The notes under the pieces were generated by a model, which did not search any database, was not told the DNA's origin, and saw only the letters and a program-made list of their open reading frames with translations. Below are positions 1 through 20,134 of a DNA stretch of 64,000 bases, piece after piece (position 1 is the first letter of the stretch; each line of letters begins with the position of its first letter). Where the stretch lies: contig JAWQFM010000018.1 of assembly GCA_033442325.1 (NCBI GenBank), forward strand, positions 843,172 through 907,171, in the 5' to 3' direction. A program made the position numbers and the translations under genes. The DNA comes from Salpingoeca rosetta. Its lineage: Eukaryota; Protista; Choanoflagellata.

Positions 1-6
1 TAGGGT

Positions 7-47
<41 letters not shown>

Positions 48-125
48 GAGGAAGGGGAGTGGCACACCGCCAACACACACACACACCGCCAACACAATGC
101 CGCCGTCAACGCATAGGCCACGCAC

Positions 126-1587
126 CGGATGATGCGGACGAGCTCGTGGAAGGCAAAGTCGACGTTGACGCGCTGCTTGGCGCTCGTCTCCACGTGTGGA
201 ATCTGCAGGGTGAGGGGCAGGTGGGTAACAAGGGTGAGGTGTGGGTTGGAAGACGTGTGTGCAGATGATGCATACAAGATAAGGAGGGTAAGGGTGCTCG
301 CATATGCATCATGGCTCACCCGCACGCAGCAAACACACACACACACAACAAACACACGCACAACAACACACGCACAACAAACACACACGCATACGACGCA
401 CAACAAGCACACACACAATAAACACACGCACAACAAACACACAACAAACACCAACACATACAACACGTGCGCACCTTAAGTTGCTTGGCAAGCTCCTGGC
501 CTTCGCTGGTGCTGACTTGTCTCTCGTTCTCCAAATCAGACTTGTTGCCAACAAGAATCATGGGGAACTCGTCCCTGGTGTTGTGCGACGCGAAGGTGGT
601 GGGGGTGCGGTGTTGTGAGTGTGCGTGTGTGAGTGAGGATGGTGTGATGGCGAGAGTGTTTGTATGTGGGGGAGGGAGAGAGAGAGAGAAAGGAATTGTA
701 AGGGCATGAGAAGGGTACGAGTCGACACACGCACAAAAGCTTACACACATTGACACACACACATGCACACACACACACACACACTGACACACACACACTA
801 ATACACACTTATACACACACGCAACGCACTTGTCCTTGACGCGGAGGATTTGGCTGTGGAAGGTCTGGATTTCCTCGAAGCTGCTCTTGTCAATGATGGA
901 GTACACAAGCAGGAAGCCCTCGCCAGTGCGCATGTACTGCTCGCGCATCGCGCTGTACTCCTGTTGACGTCAAAGGGGGCATGTGTAAGCACATGTGAGG
1001 ATGATATGCATGCACGCAGCGAAACGGAAACGTGCATATGCACGCAGTGAAACAGGACTGCTACGATGGCATTTGTGTTTTGTCTCCGCGCAGACACACG
1101 CACCTCCTGTCCGGCTGTGTCGAGAATGTCGAGGAGTGCAACCTCCTCGTCAATCACGCACTGCTTGCGATACGAGTCCTCAATCGTCGGATCATACTCG
1201 TCCTGTTGGTGGGTGGGTAGGTGGTGGAGAAGGGGGGGGGGGTATGGTGGATGGGAGAGAGGTAGGGGTGGGTGAGTTGTTGTGCAAGCATGCACACGGG
1301 GACAGTGGGGAGGGAGGGAGGGAGGGAGAGGGAGAGTAGAGGAGGGGTTGGGGGAGGGGTTGGAAGCAGACCTCACACACACACACACACACAGCACGCA
1401 CACACACACACCGCACACATACACACACATACACACACATACACACACATACACACACACACACACGCCACAGCGCACGCACCACAAAGTGTGACTGGAT
1501 AAACTGGATGGTGAGGGCGGATTTTCCGACGGCACCGCCGCCAACCACCACCAGCTTGTACTCCTTGATAAAGCTCGACTTGCTCAT
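126..1587 (-). CDS. RAS: Ras-family small GTPase; 5 exons visible (1587-1483, 1202-1104, 960-830, 574-475, 202-126); C-terminal/CAAX exon lies beyond the window start
   Basis: Spliced at GT-AG sites: [35 protein letters not shown]|[33 protein letters not shown]|[21 protein letters not shown]...|[14 protein letters not shown]...|[10 protein letters not shown]1-G5 boxes and the Ras effector loop YDPTIEDSY are present and exon phases are consistent. Confidence 0.97.
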
Positions 1588-2241
1588 CGTCGCTCGTGAA
1601 CTAAACAAACAAATAACAAGAGTGAGTGAGAGGAGGGAAGAAAGAGGGAGAGGGGGAAGAAAAGAAAGAGAAAGAGAGAAGGAAGGAGAAAGAGAGAAGG
1701 AAGGAGGGGAAAAGAGACAACAGGAAGAAAGGGGTGTCAGCGGATCAGAGTTGTTGCCAACGGGGATGATGAGTTGTCAGGAACAAGGGAGGTGGGCGTG
1801 GATGCGAATGGATGTGTGTATGATGAGGAGGAGGAGGAAGGGTAAATGAACAACAACAGATGGAGGAAATGAACAAGGTACACCACATACACACATACAC
1901 ACATACACAGGCTTGGTCGGTGTCGCGATCCTTCCTCTTGACAAGCAACAAGCAACAAGCAGGCGCAGGCGCAGGCGCAGACCTGAGACAGTTGTTCTTG
2001 ACTTGGGGATGGTGGGTGGATGGATGCCAAGTTTGGGGGTTGTTTGGTTTCTGCCTGGAATGTGTTGGTGTGCCTTTTTTTGGCGATTGAAGAAGAATCG
2101 TAGAACTCTTTCAGCGAAAATCCACCTGACGAACGTGAAGGGGTTGGTGGTAAAAGGGAATATGCCACCAAGCTGAAGGTTTGTGCGCCGCGGGGCTTTT
2201 GAAATGGATAAATGGGTGTGCTGGAGTGTCAATGTTCTTGC

Positions 2242-2279
<38 letters not shown>

Positions 2280-2866
2280 GCTGTTGTGCTTCCCTTACTT
2301 CCCTTGCACCTCCTCCTCCTCCTCCTCTTCTTCTTCCTCCCCCTCGTCTTCTCGTTGTTGTTCCTCGTCCTTTCCTTCGCTTCTCTTGCCTCTTGTTCTT
2401 GTTCTCCCCCTCCTACGCCTATCTCATGTCCCCTCTCCCGCATTCCTGCATTCCAGCCGCCTTGTTCGCTGCACACACACACACACACCCTTCTGTGCAT
2501 GGATTGGGTGGATTGAGAAAACGACTTGATCTCTCTTGATCATGATATTGCGCTTGCAGGGAACGGGAGGCGAGAACGGACGAAATGCAAGAAGGAAGCA
2601 GGGAATGCTGAGAGGAAATATGTAGTCACAAGAAGGACGAGGCCGCACGCAAGAACACAAAGCAACGAAAGAGTAACAGCACGCAACAAAACAAAAAGGG
2701 GGAAATGGCGCTGGAACGGCACGCAAGGATGGCAGCAGGATAACGCAAGGCCAGAGCAAGAAGAATGGCGTCACGGCCGAAAGGAGAAGTACGTGTTGCG
2801 GAAGAAGGCATGCAGACCACATGGTGACACGCAAGGGCACGGGAATGTCACGTCCGCCAACGCTGG

Positions 2867-4488
2867 CTACTGCCAACGGGTGTTGGTGGTGTTCGCGCCA
2901 GAGAAGTGGGGGCCGTTCCGGTCGAGTCCTTGGGCGCCTCGGAAGTCCGTGTGGGTGAGGTTGGCGTTGGTGAAGGTCGCGTTCTGGAGCTGAGAATAGT
3001 AGAAGCTGGCACTTGCAAGTGCTGCGCCCGAGAATACCGCACCCTGAAGTTTAGCATGGTTGAAGTTGGTACCTGAAAATGTTGAAACACACGAACACCC
3101 GAAAACGAAAACCTTGGGCGTTAAGAAATTTCGAGACGTGCAATAGGCAGTGAAGAGTGTTCGTGCGCACACACATACGACATACACAAACAGAGAGTGT
3201 GTATGGTGTGTGCGTGTGTGTGTGTGCGCGCGTGTGCGTGTGTGCGTGTGTGCGTGTATGTGCGTAATTGTGCATGAGATGGCCCAAACCTGTGAGGTCA
3301 AAGTTGCTGAAGTCCCGGTTGTGCAGGTCACACCCACTCAGGTTCGCCCGGGCAAGCTTGGCACCAGTCAACGTTGTCCGTTGCAGGTTTGTGTGGCTCA
3401 GGTTTGCCTTGCTCAGGTTTGCCTTGCTCAGGTTGGTGTCACTTAGGTCTGTCCCTACGTTCAACGTTGGTCAGTGGGTATACACGCGTGAATGAAGGAA
3501 GGCATTGTTACATAAACCCCACAGCAATGAGCCGCAAATGCAAACCCCAGCCCAATACAAGAACACGCGCACTCAGCTCACCAGTCAAATCCAAACCGTT
3601 GAAGATGAAGCCGTGCAGGGCGCACCCGCTGAGGTTTGCGCCAGTCAATTTTGCACCTTGGAATTGGAGCTGCAGTAAAGTAGCCCCACTCAGGTCAACG
3701 CCGGTGAGGTTGGCATTTGTCACGTTTGCTGCTGTGAGGTTGGCGTTCTTCAGCACAGCTTTGGTTAGGTCGGCACCAGCGAGCGTCGTGTCCTGTAAGT
3801 TCGCATTACTCAGGTCAGCACCTTCAAGGTTGGCATTGGTAAGGTTCCAGCCTTTCAAGTCGAGATTGCTGAGGTCCAGTCCGGACAGGTTCAGCCCAGT
3901 GGCGTTGATGAAGCATTTGACGTTGGGCGAGGCCAGATGGGTGTTGAGCCTGTTGGTGTGACTGTCGTAGACCACGTTGTTGACCATTGCTGGATGGGCA
4001 CCAGCGTCCATGTACATGCGCATGAACTGCTGCTGCGTGAGCTGGCTTCCACTCTTCCTCTTCTTCGCTCTGCGCCTCTTCACAGGTGCGTCGCCGCCAC
4101 CAGCTGCTGAGCCCGTGCTTTCAGGTTCGTCGCCCAAGTACTCCAGCAGCTGTAGCAGGTGGAAGAAGGTGGCTTCACGGTGGATGCACTCCAAAACGCC
4201 CGCGTCTGCAAGAGCCTCCGACTTGAGTTCTCCGGTCCGCAGCCAGTACATGACGTGGGCGAACGTGTCGCCGTCGCGGTCGATGAAGAACGCGTGTCCT
4301 CCCGTGGCCGCATCAATGGCGTCCGACACGGTGTCGGATGGTGGCTGCTGGAAGGTGGCGGCGAGACGGCTGCCTTCCGCTCTGCCCTCAGTCAGAGTGG
4401 TGCGTGCGGTCACATACACGACACCGCCAACGTCGAGCGTGAGTCGCTCCTCGCTGCGCACAAGCGGCAGCGGCAGTGGCTGGGCCAT
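2867..4488 (-). CDS. BTB/POZ (T1-type) plus pentapeptide-repeat protein, KCTD9/FIP2-like; exons 4488-3582, 3454-3290, 3072-2867
   Basis: BTB motifs LTLDVGG...TTL and FFIDRDGDTFAHVMYWLRTG, followed by long A(N/D)Lxx pentapeptide runs. Two phase-1 GT-AG introns restore one frame to TAG at 2867-2869. Confidence 0.9.
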
Positions 4489-4925
4489 CGTAGTCGTACG
4501 TGCGTCTGTCTGCAAACGAGACTGAAGCCAGAGACGCAAGCTTGGTTTTGTCGTTGTCCTGCTGTCCTGCTGTGGCTGTGGTGGTTGTCCTGTTGTGGAA
4601 CGTTTTGTTTGCTTGCACGCAAGAGTGTGCTTCCGTGTGCTTGTGGACGCGTTTTGCTTTTTGGTTCGCTCGTGCTGCAGCACACAATACACAGGAGAGA
4701 GGGAAGGTGAGTATGTGGCGTGAGAGGCAAGCAGCATCAGCAGCAGTCTAGCAGTGCTGCAGTGGTGTCGTCAGATTGGTTGGCAAAACGAGTTGAGGTC
4801 TGCTGGTCGGGGAGACGATGGCAAGGACAGCTCAACAACAAGGACGCACAGTCATTCAGCTCCAAAAATCGTGCGACACTGAAAACTGCCCACAACACCA
4901 CAAACTGCAACAAACCCACACGACG

Positions 4926-7436
4926 ATGTCTTCTCCCTCTTCTCCTCCTTCTTCCTCCGCCAATGTGTGGCGGCCGCACGTGTTTGTTGACGGGTCGTGC
5001 AAGCTTGTGTCGTGCGGCGATGAGGTGTATGTGCAGAGCGGGCGGCGCGTGGTGGCGAGGCGGGACCTGGAGCCGGGCACGACCGTGATTCTGCAGCGCG
5101 GCGTGGCCGTTCCGACGCCCTACCTGCCAGACCCGCTCACCGCCCTCCTGCACGGCGATGATGATGATGGTGATGCTGATGATGATGGTGATGACGACCA
5201 CGGGGATGCGCGCGAGAGCCTCGCGTGGGCGGCGTCGATGCAGATGTGCTGCCCCATCTGTTTTGCGGCGCGCGGGGAGCCGCATGCTGGCGGGGAGAAG
5301 GGCTCGCGCACGTGTGCGACGCTTGCCGCGCTGCTGGCGCCCGTGGAGGGCGTGCTGTACCCGCGCGTGCAGGAGAACAAGGGCAAGCTGAAGGTGGACG
5401 ACACGCTGCTCCGGCTGTGGCTGCGGGTGATTGCGGTCCTGTGCATTGACCGCCAGCCGCAGGACGCCGAGGCGACGGCGTTCATCGGGGACTGGCACGA
5501 GGCCCTGCGCCAGTGCAGCCAGCTGGACACGTCTGCGCCGGACGGCGAGTGGATCCTGGACGTGTTCAGCGCCGCCAACGCCTTTGTGGAGCTGCTGGAC
5601 CCGGAGCACGTGCAGGCGCTGGAGGCGAAGCTGTGCCCCGCCATTGCCATCTCCCAAACGGCAGAGCGGGCCACCAGCGATGGCGCCACCGGTGGCACCA
5701 ACGATAATAGCGACGGCGACGGCGATGGCTCTGCTGCGGCGACCGTGTCGGCGGCAGAGGCGCTGGTGGTCATTGCTGGGCAGATGAACTGCAACGGGTA
5801 CCCGCTTCGGCTGTCGACTGCGCCCAACACGCTCGTGGGCATGGGCATCTTCCCTGCTGTGGCCATGGCCAACCACTCGTGCTCGCCCAACTGCGCGGTG
5901 GTGACGCGGCCTGGCGGGCGCCTGGCCGTCGTCACCCTGCAGCGCATCCGCAAGCACCAGGAGCTGACCGTCTCGTACGTGGACCTGCTTCGCCCGCGCG
6001 CGCACCGCCGCCAGTACCTGCTGGCCTCGAAGAACTTCCACTGCCGCTGCCTGCGTTGCCAGCACCCGGACGCGTTCACGTGGGACCGTGCGCTGACGCT
6101 GCCGCTGTGCAGCAGGTGCGGCTGTCTCCCGCGCTGGTCGCTGCCCTGGCGCAAGGGCGAGCCCGTCATCGTCGAGGATGGTGATGGTGGTGGCGACGAT
6201 GGAGGTCAGGACAACAGCAGTAGCAAGGACAACGACAGCAGCAGCAAAGGCGACGCAACAACAACGACCTCCTCACCCGGCACCACAACAGCAACCACCC
6301 CCTCTTCCAACACCACGACCACGACCACCACCACCACCACGACCGCATCACGGCAGCGGACGGCGAGCGTGAGCGGCGGCCGGAGCGGAGAGGACGATGC
6401 AAGCGAGTACGAGTCGTGGACAAAGGACGGGCACGTGCTGGTGTGCTGGACGGAGGACGGTGGTTGCGGGCACATGCTGCCGCCCTGGCTGCCATCGGAT
6501 GTGCTGCCGCCACTACACGCCGCTATTGACCAGTGTCAGGCTGCGCTGGCGAGGCTCACGCGCGCGCAGGTGCTCCGCGCCCAGAAGCAGAAGCAGAGGG
6601 AGAAGGAAGCAGAGGCGAAGCGAGAGAAGGCCAGGGCGGAGGAAGAAGCACGTGCCAAGGCCGCACAACAGCAGGAGGCGTTGGACGATAGCGGCACGCC
6701 ACGTGTGGTGGATGTGACCGAGGAGATGGAGAAGCAAGAAGCAGCCAAGAAGAAGCAGCAGCAGCAGCAGCAACAACAACAACAACAACAACAGAAGGCA
6801 GCACGTAACCAGGAAGGCACTGCCAGCAAGAGCGCCGGCAATACAAACAGGCCCAGCACCGACAACGCCGGCAGCGCTGAGAACACCAAGCATGACAGCA
6901 GCGGTGGTGATGAGGATGACAGTGCAGATGTGACCCGGATGTGTGAAGAGGCAATTGCGAATGCACAGCACGTGCTGAAGACGAGCGTTGATGTGACCGT
7001 GTCCTGCTTCCACCACTCTGTGATCCAGCTGCAGTGCGTGTTGTTTGCGCTGCTCATCCGCACGTCCCCACGGGCCAACATGCCTGCAAGCATTGCTGTG
7101 CTCCACGAGGCCGTGCACGCGATGGGGCGCCACCTGCCCTCGCTCTGGCCCGAGCTGAACGAGTGGCGCATTCGTCTGCTCGAGGCAAACCAGGTGCTTG
7201 CACGCACGAGGAAGGACCACGGAGCCAAGAACGCCGGCAGCAGCAGTAACAGGAAGGACAGCGGGAAGGACAGGAAGAAGACGAAGAAGAAGGCAGGCAA
7301 AGATGAAGGTGAAGCGGGCCTGAGTTCCAAGCAGCGCACGAACCTTCGCCAGGACGTGCTCGCTGCTGTGCGAACCGTTTGCGGCGAGGACCACCCGCTC
7401 TACACACGCGCCAGCACCGCGTGCGCCAACGTGTAG
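4926..7436 (+). CDS. SMYD-like split SET-domain lysine methyltransferase, single exon
   Basis: N-SET GRRVVARRDLEPGTTVI, C-SET GIFPAVAMANHSCSPN and ELTVSYVD, post-SET FHCRCLRC, C-terminal helical region ending GEDHPLY. The start ATG is taken as 4926; the ORF is open from 4818. Confidence 0.88.
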   Translation: MSSPSSPPSSSANVWRPHVFVDGSCKLVSCGDEVYVQSGRRVVARRDLEPGTTVILQRGVAVPTPYLPDPLTALLHGDDDDGDADDDGDDDHGDARESLAWAASMQMCCPICFAARGEPHAGGEKGSRTCATLAALLAPVEGVLYPRVQENKGKLKVDDTLLRLWLRVIAVLCIDRQPQDAEATAFIGDWHEALRQCSQLDTSAPDGEWILDVFSAANAFVELLDPEHVQALEAKLCPAIAISQTAERATSDGATGGTNDNSDGDGDGSAAATVSAAEALVVIAGQMNCNGYPLRLSTAPNTLVGMGIFPAVAMANHSCSPNCAVVTRPGGRLAVVTLQRIRKHQELTVSYVDLLRPRAHRRQYLLASKNFHCRCLRCQHPDAFTWDRALTLPLCSRCGCLPRWSLPWRKGEPVIVEDGDGGGDDGGQDNSSSKDNDSSSKGDATTTTSSPGTTTATTPSSNTTTTTTTTTTTASRQRTASVSGGRSGEDDASEYESWTKDGHVLVCWTEDGGCGHMLPPWLPSDVLPPLHAAIDQCQAALARLTRAQVLRAQKQKQREKEAEAKREKARAEEEARAKAAQQQEALDDSGTPRVVDVTEEMEKQEAAKKKQQQQQQQQQQQQQKAARNQEGTASKSAGNTNRPSTDNAGSAENTKHDSSGGDEDDSADVTRMCEEAIANAQHVLKTSVDVTVSCFHHSVIQLQCVLFALLIRTSPRANMPASIAVLHEAVHAMGRHLPSLWPELNEWRIRLLEANQVLARTRKDHGAKNAGSSSNRKDSGKDRKKTKKKAGKDEGEAGLSSKQRTNLRQDVLAAVRTVCGEDHPLYTRASTACANV

Positions 7437-8159
7437 TCGACGCTTGTCTTTGTGCTGTGTGTTTTGTGTATTGCGTATTTTGTGTGGTGGTGTATGCGTT
7501 GCGTGGTGCGTTTTGTTTGTGTGGTGCGTTTTGTTTGTGTGTTGCGTTTTGTTTGTGTGGTGTGTGGTGCGTGTTTATGTTGTGTTTGTATGCGCGTGTG
7601 TGATGCGTGTGGTGCGTGTTTATGTTGTTTGTATGTGCGTGTGTGACGTATCATATGTGAACGTTCGTGTGGATTGCCTCACATCAAGTCACCTTGCACA
7701 ACAACACTTCTTTTCTGTAGTACACGTTGTCACACATCGCGTTTCCAGTGTTTTTACGGGTTTTGGTTGGCCTAAGCTACACACTGCAAATATGAACACG
7801 ATGAGCAAGAACAAACGATGCGAACACATGCAGAGAGATGGAGAGGAAAGGAGAGGCGATGGGGAGCAAAGGAGGGAGCGCTGAATGCAACAGATGCACG
7901 AGGGAGGTAGAGTTGAAAATGCACGGTGGACATGGACCGCGGAAGGGAGACGTGTGATATCATGTCATGTCATATGTCACGTAACAAACAAGTTGTGCTG
8001 TTGAATTGAGCATGGGCAGGCGAAGGATTTGGATTTAGCACACAGGCGGAAGTGTGTGCACGCGGATGTGTGCACAGCGGAAGTGTGGACTGCACAATCA
8101 CGCAGAGGCACGGACAAACACAGATACACAACAAAACACAACACAAACCCACACAAAAC

Positions 8160-16770
<8,611 letters not shown>

Positions 16771-16944
16771 GGTGGCGTGCACGCGCGCCCCAAGGTGGAG
16801 GTCAAGCCAAGCAAGCAGGCAAAGCGAGCAAGGTGTGGTGGTGCAGCAGCATTCAGCAAGCGAGGGTGGGTGCTGCTGTCTGTCTTTGCCTGCTGTCTTT
16901 GCGCTTCTGCCAAACAAACAAAACACAGAGGAGCTGTGTCTTTG

Positions 16945-16981
16945 GTCAATTTTGCCTTATTGCCTCAAAGGCAAATTTGAC
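16945..16981. promoter_or_regulatory. Inverted pair GTCAATTTTGCC (16945-16956) and GGCAAATTTGAC (16970-16981) in the SNX / orphan-gene bidirectional promoter
   Basis: The same 12-mer recurs at 42646 and 58654, each time between divergent ATGs. Function is inferred. Confidence 0.55.
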
Positions 16982-17028
16982 ATTCCAGCGCTGGCAACGA
17001 CGACCCACAACAACGGCAAGCAAGCAAG

Positions 17029-17591
17029 ATGGCGGACGATGACAAGCACCACCAGCAACACACACACCACCACCAACACCAGCAGGAGGAGCAGGAGGAT
17101 AAGCGCGTGTGGTGTGCAACATGTGGGCGGTACGAGGTGCCGGGAGATCCTGGCCCTGCGGTGATTCGCGTGGGCAGCGCCCCACCGCCGCTCAGTCACC
17201 ATCAGCAGCACCGACAGGGGTACCCGTCTGACATTCCACCACACGAATTCTACAAGCATTACCCGCAGTACCTGCTCCAGCACTCGCGTCACTTGCGAGG
17301 AGGCCACGTGCACTTGCAAGTGGTGCCCTCAATGAGTGACCAGCACCCCACAAGCACAGGTCGGGCCAGTGGCGATGCCCCTGCCGCCCACGACGACACA
17401 GAGAGCAGCACCGTGGATGAGGAGCGCAGCCTGATTGGAAAGCCATCACTGGAAGTCATCAGCCAGCCTCCATTGCTGCCCACCTTGGAAGACGATGCCC
17501 TCACGTGCCTCTCCTACGTCAATCGCACCAACGAAGTGCTGCGAAACTTCCAGGTGGGCCGACTGTGCTTGCGGTATTGTTGTTGTTGTGG

Positions 17592-17626
<35 letters not shown>

Positions 17627-17637
17627 GCTGCTGCTGC

Positions 17638-17679
<42 letters not shown>

Positions 17680-17735
17680 AGTTGTTGTTGTTGTTGTGGT
17701 TGTTGTTGTTGTGGTTGTTGTGGTTGTTGTTTAAG

Positions 17736-17789
<54 letters not shown>

Positions 17790-19870
17790 TGTTGTTGTTG
17801 CTGCTGCTGTTGTTGCTGCTACCTTTACACATGTCACTATTCTTGTTGTTGCTTTACTCACCCGGCATCCCCCCAAACCCTGCACATCATCCCGCATCGT
17901 GCACACAGAGCAACGTGGCTGTGATGCTGCGCCAGGCTGGCGCTGAGCACCAGAGCGAGGCCCTGTTCCGGTTCGTGCCGCCACAGCTCGGAATCGCCGC
18001 CCAGCAGCTGGAGTCGCTGCGGAGAGAGGCAGAGACACAGCACCTTCAGGTGTGTCTTGCGAGCAGGTTGCTTAAAACAAAACAAAACTACCATCTCGAC
18101 ACATGCGCGCGTGTGTGTGCATTTGTGTGTGTGCTTGATGGATCACCATGAACCAACGGGTGATAACCCGTGCTTGGTGTGTTTGCGTCCGTGCTGCAGG
18201 TGCGTGTGGCCCCAGAACTTGACAAGCTGCTGCACATCTGCGTGGAGCTTCTGAGCCGGTCAGTGGACGCCCAGTGGTAGTGGTGGCGGGGATCATGGGC
18301 GGTGGCGATTGCGGCGGCCGGGGGGGGAGGTTGTGCGATGGTCATCGCCGACAGCAGCCCGTATGAGAACGCTCGCACGAACACACCCACACACACACAC
18401 ACACGCACGCACACACACGCACGCACGCACGAATCATCTCACCTTTTTGTTGAACCATGTGTATGCCATATGACCCTGCCCTGGTCCACACCACCCGCAG
18501 AGTGCAACATGGATTCCAGCGAGCCCTGGAAGCGTTGCTGGCGCAGGTCGGTGTGTGTGTGTGCGTGTGCGCGCGCGCGCGTGTGTGTGTGTGTGCGTGT
18601 GCCTGCGTATCCTTGCTGTTCCCCTTCCTCCTCCCACCACCATCTCCTCCCTAACATGTACACACACACACACACACTACACGCAACATCACTGCCCATG
18701 CCACATCTCCACAGGACAAGAAGCTGATCCAGGATTTGGCGACAGAGAACGCGGAGCTGCGGGACACTCTCCAACGGCAAGCAGAGGATATCGATGCTCT
18801 TGACGCAAAACGTACGCGCAGCATGTGATGCGACAAGCGCTGCTGTCTTCACACACCACACACACACACACACTAACCAACCCACTCTTTCTCTCACACA
18901 CCACACACACACACTAACCAACCCACTCTTTCTCTCTCTCAGAAACACACACACACTAACCAACCCACTCTTTCTCTCACCCCAACACACACACACACAC
19001 ACACATTTCTCTCACTCCCTCAACACCCGTCACTCCCCCTCTTCTGCGTGCAGTGTATGCTGAGCAACAGCGGCACAGCGAGGTGCTGTACATGTGGCCG
19101 TCAATGTCCAACGACGCGCTTGTTGCAAACAAGATGCGCGATCTTCAGCGCGCACACAGACAGCTGCAGACAGCGGTGCGGTGCTTGCACGCATGCTGGT
19201 GGTGGTGGTGGTGGTGGTGGTGGTGGTGGTGGTGGTGGGAGGAGGAGGAAGATTACTCGTGGTGTATGTTGACATATGCCTTGCGACATGAATGTGTGCG
19301 TGCGCGCGTGTTCTACTCGCTGTCAAGTGCGGTACCACTGCTGTTGGTACATCCATCATAGCTCTCACATCACATTTCCTTTTCTCTTCAACACCACCAC
19401 CACCACCACCACCACCATCACCATCACTTCACCATCACCAGCACGAGGAAGCCCTGACGGAATTGAGTGAACTGCGACGCGAGAACAGAGAACTGAAGAA
19501 AACAGCAACAGCAGCAGCAGCGGCAGCAGCAAATGGTGGCGGGGGTGTGACGGACACGTACAGTGTGGGCAGTCACAATGAGGGTGTTACTGGCACACCA
19601 GCAAGAGGTCGACAAAAGGGTGCAGATGCAAGTCGTTTGATTGCTGGCAACAGCAGTGGCGGTGGTGGTGGCGATGGTGACAATGGCAGTAGTGGTGGTG
19701 GTGGTGGGGTACGTGCACCCCATGCTGCCGCCGCTACAAAGCCGAAAGGAACGACTATTGTACATGTGCCTGGAACCAACATTGGTGCTGATGGCGATGG
19801 CGATAATGAGGAGGAAGAGGATGTTCACACCGCCGTCAATGTGTTCCGAGGTATAGTCCCCGTTGCCGAC

Positions 19871-19911
<41 letters not shown>

Positions 19912-20090
19912 CGTGCGTGTGTGTGCTGTATTTTGCTTGCTTGCGTGTGTGTGTGTGTGTTTATGTGCGTGTTGGTGCGTGTTGGTGCGTGTTTGTGTGT
20001 GTTTGTCTCTCTGTCTCTCTGTCTCTGTCTCTGTCTCTGTCTCTATCTCTGTCTCTCTGTCTCTCTCTGTCTCTCTCTCTCACTCACTCA

Positions 20091-20134
<44 letters not shown>

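Noticed and set aside
2116-2132. GAAA and CTGACGA resembling a hammerhead ribozyme core
   Set aside because: Only 6 nt lie between GAAA and CUGANGA, leaving no room for stems III and I, and there is no matching stem II-GAAA downstream.
3644-3655. GTCAATTTTGCA, an 11/12 match to the promoter motif
   Set aside because: It lies in coding sequence (GAKLT codons). Recorded as a counter-example, not a regulatory site.
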